Source: an uncultured bacterium
GTDB taxonomy: Bacteria; Babelota; Babeliae; Babelales; JABCYS01
Length of the DNA: 64,000 bases
NCBI GenBank assembly: GCA_963705705.1
Contig: CAVPKK010000006.1
Coordinates: 32,001-96,000, forward strand
Direction of reading: 5' to 3'
Shown: positions 57,815 through 64,000 of the stretch, piece after piece
How positions within the stretch are numbered: the first letter of the stretch is position 1
Layout of the letters: each line of letters opens with the position of its first letter
Translations under genes and position numbers: made by a program
Notes under the pieces: model-generated
What the model was told of the DNA's origin: nothing
Database searches by the model: none
Seen by the model: the letters and a program-made list of their open reading frames with translations, nothing else

Positions 57815-59329
57815 ATGGATGGGATCTGGAAAGAATTTCTTAACATTGCAAAGCAAGAAGCTGGCAGCCAAATGGTCGAAACCTGGTTGCGAGCAGTCAA
57901 GCTCATGCAATGGGATGTGCACGAACAAACGGTGTTACTTGAAACACCCAATAGTTTCGTCAAAGATTGGCTTGAGCAACATTATGTGCCTTTCTTTGAA
58001 CAGCATCTCGCGCGCCTATTTAATGTTGATTCGATTACAATTGTTTTTATTTCGCCACATACCCCATCATCTGTGCGCATAACACCTGCAGTTGTAGCTC
58101 ACGAATCCCAAAATGATAGTTCGAAAAGCCAACACACAAATACACAAACCCGTTTATTTGATGGCTTTATTCCCGCTCAAGTGATTAAAGGTGGCCCGGT
58201 CAAACGCGAAATTGATCACAAAGCACCGCAGTCTGGACATACAACCGGCATCATACAACGGCCGTATTCCCAGATGCCCGCAGTCGTTGGCCAACGTAAT
58301 CCAGGGCTTAACTCTGCATTTACCTTCGATACTTTTGTTGTTGGCCCTAATAATGAGCTTGCGCATGCGGCAGCGACTGCCGTTACCGAATCACATAAGG
58401 GATACAACCCATTATTCATTTATGCACCTTCTGGGCTCGGTAAAACTCACTTATTACATGCAATTGGCAATGTGCTTATAGCATCACATTCAAAACAGCA
58501 GCAAGGCCCACGAGTTCTTTATCAAACGGCCGAACGGTTTGTGCAGGATTACATTAATTCGATTCGTTTTGAAAAAATTCATCAATTCCAGCTCAAATAT
58601 AAAGATGTAGATGTTTTGCTCATCGATGATGTGCAGTTTTTATCAAATAAAGAACAAACCCAAGAGGCATTCTTTCACATCTTTAATGCGCTCTTTGATG
58701 CCCATAAACAGTTGGTATTTACTTCAGATACGTATCCGCACAAGTTGAGTGGTATTGCAGACCGATTACGCTCGCGCTTTGAAAGCGGTTTAATTGTAGA
58801 TATTCAAGCGCCGCCACTGGAAACAAAGATTGCCATTTTGAAGAAAAAGGCAGAACAAAATAATGTGCTGCTGCCTGATGATGTCGCCTTCTTTTTGGCT
58901 ATGCGCAACACGGGTAATGTGCGCACCTTGGAAGGTTCATTGATTCAAGTAATGGCAGTTGCTTCGCTTACTAAGCAGCCGGTCAACTTAGATGCGGCTA
59001 AGCGTGCATTAATGAGATATGGGCAAGAAAAGATTGCTAACGCGGTAAACTTTGAACGAATTGTAAAAGGTGTTTGCGAACATTACTCATACACGCTTGG
59101 CGATTTACGATCGGAGAGCAAGACGAAAGAATTAGCACTTGCTCGCCAGGTTGCCATGTATTTAATGAAGAAATTAACAAGCAAATCATTGCAAGAGATT
59201 GGTTATTTCTTAGGCCGCAAAGATCATTCTACGGTTTTGCATGGGCTGAATAAGATTAAGAATTGGATTGCATCGTCACCCGATTTTTCAGCGCAAATCA
59301 TGTCGCTCGAGGCGAAAATATTAAGTTGA
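57815..59329 (+). CDS. dnaA: Chromosomal replication initiator
   Basis: FTFDTFVVG, YNPLFIY.PSGLGKTHLL, LLIDDVQFL, RLRSRFESGL, ARQVAMYL, GRKDHSTVLH. Confidence 0.97.
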   Translation: MDGIWKEFLNIAKQEAGSQMVETWLRAVKLMQWDVHEQTVLLETPNSFVKDWLEQHYVPFFEQHLARLFNVDSITIVFISPHTPSSVRITPAVVAHESQNDSSKSQHTNTQTRLFDGFIPAQVIKGGPVKREIDHKAPQSGHTTGIIQRPYSQMPAVVGQRNPGLNSAFTFDTFVVGPNNELAHAAATAVTESHKGYNPLFIYAPSGLGKTHLLHAIGNVLIASHSKQQQGPRVLYQTAERFVQDYINSIRFEKIHQFQLKYKDVDVLLIDDVQFLSNKEQTQEAFFHIFNALFDAHKQLVFTSDTYPHKLSGIADRLRSRFESGLIVDIQAPPLETKIAILKKKAEQNNVLLPDDVAFFLAMRNTGNVRTLEGSLIQVMAVASLTKQPVNLDAAKRALMRYGQEKIANAVNFERIVKGVCEHYSYTLGDLRSESKTKELALARQVAMYLMKKLTSKSLQEIGYFLGRKDHSTVLHGLNKIKNWIASSPDFSAQIMSLEAKILS

Positions 59330-59374
59330 TGCATCTTTAAACAAATTTATTTCCTCGGTCACAGCTGCCACAAC

Positions 59375-59460
59375 GCGCTCATCCTGAGTTAATCGAATCA
59401 GGGGCCCCCAAGACTCGGGTTCCCTCCTAGGGTGAGTTTGGGGTAAAAGGATAAAAGCGC
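59375..59460. repeat. Palindromic repeat family A with CCCCAA...TTGGGG inner hairpin
   Basis: Reverse-complement match to 29554..29634. Confidence 0.85.
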
Positions 59461-59613
59461 AAAGAAGATATGCAGTAACCAAGTCTAATAAATAATGAAT
59501 CATATTTTTTCGTTTGATATGATTAATCTAGAACAAGTTGATAACTCGAGAACTACAATTGCGAAGAGACTATAAGGAAATACATTAAGATGCGCTGCTT
59601 ATCAAATCTTTTT

Positions 59614-59651
59614 AGCGCTCTGATCCTTCGATAATACTCAGGATGAGCGCT
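59614..59651. repeat. Palindromic repeat family A (short form)
   Basis: AGCGCTCTGATCCTTCGATAATACTCAGGATGAGCGCT. Confidence 0.75.
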
Positions 59652-59703
59652 TCAATCTCCATCTCAAAACTAAATATTGGTGAAGATTGTCGCATTCTCA
59701 AAT

Positions 59704-60753
59704 CTACGTCGTATAAACATCCCATTCTGCAAGCTGGGCATTTTTGCGGTCACGCTTTGATCTAAAGAAGCGATCTTTCACACATTTTTTTGTTAACCCT
59801 TTATACCAGTCAAAATAGCTATCAACTACAAAACGATTTTTCAATCCCACAAGTGCACGGAAATTTTCCGTATCGATAATAACTATTTTCCCGGTTCCTT
59901 CTTCAACCATAAAATTTTGTAGATGAGGGTCAATACGATAATGCGTAAACTGGCTGAGTCGCATGCAACGCTGAGAATTTACAAAATCAAACCAAGATCT
60001 ATCCTGCGCTTTGATGCAGTCAGCTACAATTGCATATAGTGCTGGAATGGTGGTTGTGCAACCTGATGTACATGTTCCCATATTCTTGCCTTCAACGACT
60101 AGCCAGCGCGGATCTTTCGGCAACCAATACCATTTACGAGGGAACTCAACAATTTTGGACCAAAATGGATCTTGCTGAATCATGCAGGTAAGTTCTTCCA
60201 TATTTTTTATACGCGTAAAGCCAGTTAAATGGCGCATGATGCCGCCGCCCATCACAAAGAAAAAGCCTGGTTCCATTCCTTTGCTAAATGGGGAAACAAA
60301 GTTTTTTGGCGTTTCAGAGAAAAGTTTCAACACAAAGGGATACTCTTTAAATTTGAGCACCAATGCACCAGTGTTATTGGCATAGCTATAATCGTCGTCT
60401 TTCAAAACGGTAAAGCGCGCGAATTTTTTTTTGTGTTCCCCTAACTCTTTCAACACGCCTTCAATAAGCTCATTAAGCTGCTCGCCTGCTACCGATTTTT
60501 CTGGTTCTCGGCGGAAGGTAATGGAACCGGTGGGAAGCATGTGATTATAAAAGAAGGTTTTATCAAAGGGTTTAAAAATTGGCCCTTCTTCGATATGCGA
60601 ATCTTTAAGTGTGAATTTATTAGTTGGATCATCTTGCCAATAGGTAGTTATTTGCGGCAAGTTTGCATCTGGACGCAGGATGCTGCGGTTGGTGGGGAAT
60701 AGGGGGAAAAAAAAGAAGATGGAAATAAAAAAAATAATACTCTCTCGTTGCAT
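59704..60753 (-). CDS. Secreted protein with protein-kinase-like catalytic motifs
   Basis: Hydrophobic N-terminus; FVLKLF, IDPHLQNFMV, IVIIDTE. Confidence 0.7.
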   Translation of the reverse strand: MQRESIIFFISIFFFFPLFPTNRSILRPDANLPQITTYWQDDPTNKFTLKDSHIEEGPIFKPFDKTFFYNHMLPTGSITFRREPEKSVAGEQLNELIEGVLKELGEHKKKFARFTVLKDDDYSYANNTGALVLKFKEYPFVLKLFSETPKNFVSPFSKGMEPGFFFVMGGGIMRHLTGFTRIKNMEELTCMIQQDPFWSKIVEFPRKWYWLPKDPRWLVVEGKNMGTCTSGCTTTIPALYAIVADCIKAQDRSWFDFVNSQRCMRLSQFTHYRIDPHLQNFMVEEGTGKIVIIDTENFRALVGLKNRFVVDSYFDWYKGLTKKCVKDRFFRSKRDRKNAQLAEWDVYTT

Positions 60754-60810
60754 ACTTATCCTGGTAAAATAATAGCCCAGCTTTTTTTATTGCGTCTAAT
60801 AATTTTGCAT

Positions 60811-60900
60811 CGCGCGCTTTATCTTTTATTCCAACCCGATTGCCCTGAGTGTTTTGCGCAGCAAAATGTATCGAAGGGTCGACAGGCTCAGGACGAGCGG
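60811..60900. repeat. Nested palindromic repeat family A
   Basis: CCCTGAGTGTTTTGCGCAGCAAAATGTATCGAAGGG followed by TCGACAGGCTCAGGACGAGCGG. Confidence 0.85.
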
Positions 60901-60952
60901 ATCTTTTTACGATCTTAACTAGCTTTATCCATTGAACTAAAACTTACTGCGA

Positions 60953-62092
60953 TTAAGCATATTTCGCACAATAGTTTGCAATGCCATCACAAATGCCGCG
61001 GGCCAGGAGATCCTGGTATGAAGCAGTATTCAGGCGGATTGCTTCTTGTTCGTTGGATACAAATCCTAATTCAATAAGCACTGATGGCATATTAGTGCCA
61101 AGCAATACCTGTGAAATCGCCGTTTTTACTTTTAAGTCCGGAACAGTGGGATAATGCCGATGAATGTTATCTAATGCAAATTGATGCACCGTTTGCGCAA
61201 GCAACGTACTTTGTTGGTCACGCCATACTTGTCGATCATAGCTAATTCCCTGATGGCCAGGCTGAATATCCATTATTAATGGCAATTTTAAACAATAGGT
61301 TTCTACTCCTGCCGTTGTTGGCTTTGGAGAACTATTGGCATGAATCGAAACGAAAAGATCGGCGCCCCATTCGTTGGCAAAGGTGGTACGCTCATCAAGC
61401 GGTACAAAAATATCATGCGCTCGGGTGGTCGCCACGGTAAAGCCAGCATGTTGCAAATTTTGGGCAACTTTCATGCCAACCTGATACACAATCTCTTTTT
61501 CCTTAATATTGAACTGACCAATAGCGCCATTATCCTCGCCACCGTGGCCTTGATCAATCACAATCCGGGTACTTTTAGATGCTAAACGATGAGGCGCAGA
61601 ATTATGCTCCTTTAATTGTTCTAGCACATCAAGATGATGTAGCTGGAAAACAACTCCCGGTTGCTGTTGGATGGATGCGAATGTGGTATAGGTAATGCGA
61701 ACTTTGCGTGGATCGAATGAGAACTGGAACATGATGCCATCAATAGGCGCTGTTACCTCTGACACAAGTACCTTGTACCATGGACCGCTTTGTATTTCAG
61801 TGCCGTTGGGCTGCTCTGTTCGTATTGCATGCGAAGCTTTATTCGCTCGTTCTATTGCCGAACGCGCTTCTGCTGTAGCAACTTTTGCCTTTGGAACCAT
61901 GAATTTGACCAATGCTTGGTCCTCAGCGATTTTACGCACCGGAATCAAATTTACATTCGGTCGGTCGCTGAAATAACAACCAATGCTGTCGGTAATGGCA
62001 CCGCGATGATAAAAGAAACGATTAAGTTTGTTATCTTGCGCCTGCGCTAATGTTGCGCACGTAAGCATAATTATTAATGTAATATAACGCAT
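60953..62092 (-). CDS. N-acetylmuramoyl-L-alanine amidase (Amidase_3)
   Basis: IVIDQGHGG, EKE, ADLFVSIHANS, MPSVLIELGFVSN; signal peptide. Confidence 0.92.
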   Translation of the reverse strand: MRYITLIIMLTCATLAQAQDNKLNRFFYHRGAITDSIGCYFSDRPNVNLIPVRKIAEDQALVKFMVPKAKVATAEARSAIERANKASHAIRTEQPNGTEIQSGPWYKVLVSEVTAPIDGIMFQFSFDPRKVRITYTTFASIQQQPGVVFQLHHLDVLEQLKEHNSAPHRLASKSTRIVIDQGHGGEDNGAIGQFNIKEKEIVYQVGMKVAQNLQHAGFTVATTRAHDIFVPLDERTTFANEWGADLFVSIHANSSPKPTTAGVETYCLKLPLIMDIQPGHQGISYDRQVWRDQQSTLLAQTVHQFALDNIHRHYPTVPDLKVKTAISQVLLGTNMPSVLIELGFVSNEQEAIRLNTASYQDLLARGICDGIANYCAKYA

Positions 62093-62145
62093 AACTTCTC
62101 CCCTTTAGGTTAACGGTTACAAGCTCATGGTGTCAATTAAGGATC

Positions 62146-63168
62146 TTACGCGATTTCTGCATCAACCATGATCGCAAAATTGTGCCGCTTACCCCATGCT
62201 GTTAAAAATGAGTTTAAATCATACTTCACTACTGTCTTATCATCTGAATCAAAAGCCGAATCATGGCAAATAACTTTCTTGTGCCGCGCATCGTAGCCAA
62301 CTACCAGCATTAAATGCCCCGCGGTGTAACCCGTGGCTGCACCTTTTAGCGGACCTTGCACACTCACCATTACCGGCACGCCCCGCGTCAATTGGCGATG
62401 AAGATCGGCAAAAGAAGGTAATCGCATTAACCACCAAGCGCGGGAACACCCAGTTGCTTGGTAGGCAAATGCCACATTAAATGGCCAACTACCAAACGTG
62501 TCCAAGCCAGCGTCATATACTTCATTAGCTACCTGTACTGGATTAACCGGTGCTTGGGCCACATAGGCGAGTAACATACTCAATGCTGTAGGCGAACACA
62601 GATGCTGCGCTCTTGGATGTTGTAATACCATTTGGGAATATTTTGGCACATCTGAAACATGAACCGAATGTAATATCGGCGTCAACTTACGCCACGAATC
62701 TGGGGTAAAACGTTTAAGATCAGCAATATTTACAAAAAGCCCTTTCAGCTCGCCAAGATCTGCTCCATCGTGTGCTTCAACGCGAATTCTATACGCGTCG
62801 GCTAAACCAGGAACTTCTAAACGAACGTGCTTGCCCTGGGATTCACACTTTACCTCGCTTGCATATGAACGTTGTTTGCTATTGCCCCAATCGATCATAT
62901 GGTGCATGGCAAGCCAATGCTTATTTTTTGCACTCCGAGCTTGTACGAAGAAACTGAAATAACCGTTTGATGGTTTTAACGCATTCCAAGAAAAGATAAG
63001 CTGCGAAAAAGGCTGAGTATCAACCTGCAAGAAGGTCGCTTGTGACTTATTGTGAAATTGCGCACGCTCTGCAGAATCAAACTGCTTAGCGAAAAACCAA
63101 GTCCAATTGGGTTCTGCATATAATGAGGAAGCCAACAAAAGAGTTGTTAGCAAAATTCTAAATCTCAT
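62146..63168 (-). CDS. Secreted peptidase C39-like protein
   Basis: YSQM, LCSPTALSM, GHLMLVVGYD, HDSA. Confidence 0.8.
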   Translation of the reverse strand: MRFRILLTTLLLASSLYAEPNWTWFFAKQFDSAERAQFHNKSQATFLQVDTQPFSQLIFSWNALKPSNGYFSFFVQARSAKNKHWLAMHHMIDWGNSKQRSYASEVKCESQGKHVRLEVPGLADAYRIRVEAHDGADLGELKGLFVNIADLKRFTPDSWRKLTPILHSVHVSDVPKYSQMVLQHPRAQHLCSPTALSMLLAYVAQAPVNPVQVANEVYDAGLDTFGSWPFNVAFAYQATGCSRAWWLMRLPSFADLHRQLTRGVPVMVSVQGPLKGAATGYTAGHLMLVVGYDARHKKVICHDSAFDSDDKTVVKYDLNSFLTAWGKRHNFAIMVDAEIA

Positions 63169-63343
63169 AATGTCCTTAATGAAAATCATATTTTACGCTT
63201 TCCCACGCCGTTGCATGTATCTAAGTGTTTTACAACGCAAGAAGCTTTTGCGGATTCCGCTTTGATGTAAAGCTTCAGTATACTATCATTAGTGTCCTGA
63301 TATTAGCGTACTTAAAACCCTTTTCGTAAAACAAGGAATTGTA

Positions 63344-64000
63344 ATGGATCATAGCCGCAATGCTTTGGGCAAGCGCACCTTAGGCATTTTGCTGTTCGCT
63401 AGCGTTTTTTGCCTTGTAATACATAATGCTTTTGCACGGTCAACAAATACCAAAGAAACTAATCCCCCGCGGTATGCTTTATGTATTGTTCCGGTCGCTG
63501 ACGTTTTGGGCGGGCCGATTTCATCTGAAAATCTTGATTGGTACCAACAAAAAATATGCGCAGATAATTTGAGTGGAACCTGCAGACGTATTGATCAGCT
63601 ATTATTTAACGAGGTTGCCGAGATACAGCAGATATATAGAAATGGGGAACAAGTCTGCATAAAACTACCCGGGAAAATATTTGAAACGCATAGCTCTACC
63701 ACGCCACAAACTAATGGCTGGGTGCTGGGTAGCAATGTGCGCATTCTCAACAATGAAGATATTGTAGACAAGTTACCAGCGCCGCTATCTCTTAAGAAAT
63801 CAGCTTTTCCAAACTCACTTCACAATACTGTAACCCTCAAAAAGCCTGTTACCATACCCGGGGCAAGAACTGATTTTTCTTCTGGCACTCGTTTTGTAAT
63901 TAAGAATCACGGAAAGAATACATATGAGGTCTGGTGGTTCAATCCAACTACTAATGCCATCGACACGCTTAACATACCTACACAATATTGTATTGCCTAT
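63344..64000 (+). CDS. Probable SH3-containing NlpC/P60-type protein, 5' part (runs off the window end)
   Basis: AAGGA RBS; manual translation MDHSRNALGKRTLGILLF...IVPVADV...RIDQLLFNE resembles the YkfC-type N-terminal SH3b; catalytic domain not in the window. Confidence 0.55.
   Translation, partial: MDHSRNALGKRTLGILLFASVFCLVIHNAFARSTNTKETNPPRYALCIVPVADVLGGPISSENLDWYQQKICADNLSGTCRRIDQLLFNEVAEIQQIYRNGEQVCIKLPGKIFETHSSTTPQTNGWVLGSNVRILNNEDIVDKLPAPLSLKKSAFPNSLHNTVTLKKPVTIPGARTDFSSGTRFVIKNHGKNTYEVWWFNPTTNAIDTLNIPTQYCIAY

Noticed and set aside
1..64000. CRISPR array, tRNA or rRNA genes, transposases
   Set aside because: No regularly spaced repeat-spacer units, cloverleaf/T-loop signatures or transposase motifs recognised by eye

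Overview
AT-rich bacterial window. Gene content and style (housekeeping genes among many Sec-signal ankyrin/LRR/hypothetical proteins) suggest a protist-infecting intracellular bacterium, most likely Ca. Dependentiae/Babelota (TM6); this is inference. Housekeeping genes: ileS (partial), Na+/solute symporter, murD, ftsW, pepA, trxB-thioredoxin fusion, FtsH-like AAA ATPase, rpiB, LolC/E-like permease, frameshifted pgk, dnaA, amidase, C39-like peptidase and a partial NlpC/P60-type gene. Main points of interest: (1) a ~19 kb operon-like array of 13 modular secreted paralogues sharing a signal peptide, a C-proximal F-box-like motif and conserved junction DNA, bracketed by two paralogous ankyrin genes; (2) an uncalled 39-aa leader ORF with 10 His in 13 codons between a sigma70 promoter and the symporter-murD unit; (3) five small secreted Gly/His/Tyr/Asp- or Arg/Tyr-rich proteins; (4) a modular palindromic repeat family, one copy in-frame inside a CDS; (5) three proteases that have lost the zinc motif; (6) secreted caspase-like, kinase-like and possible ART-like proteins; (7) a 100-bp duplication of the ileS 5' end. 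No rRNA, tRNA, CRISPR array, integrase or transposase was recognised.
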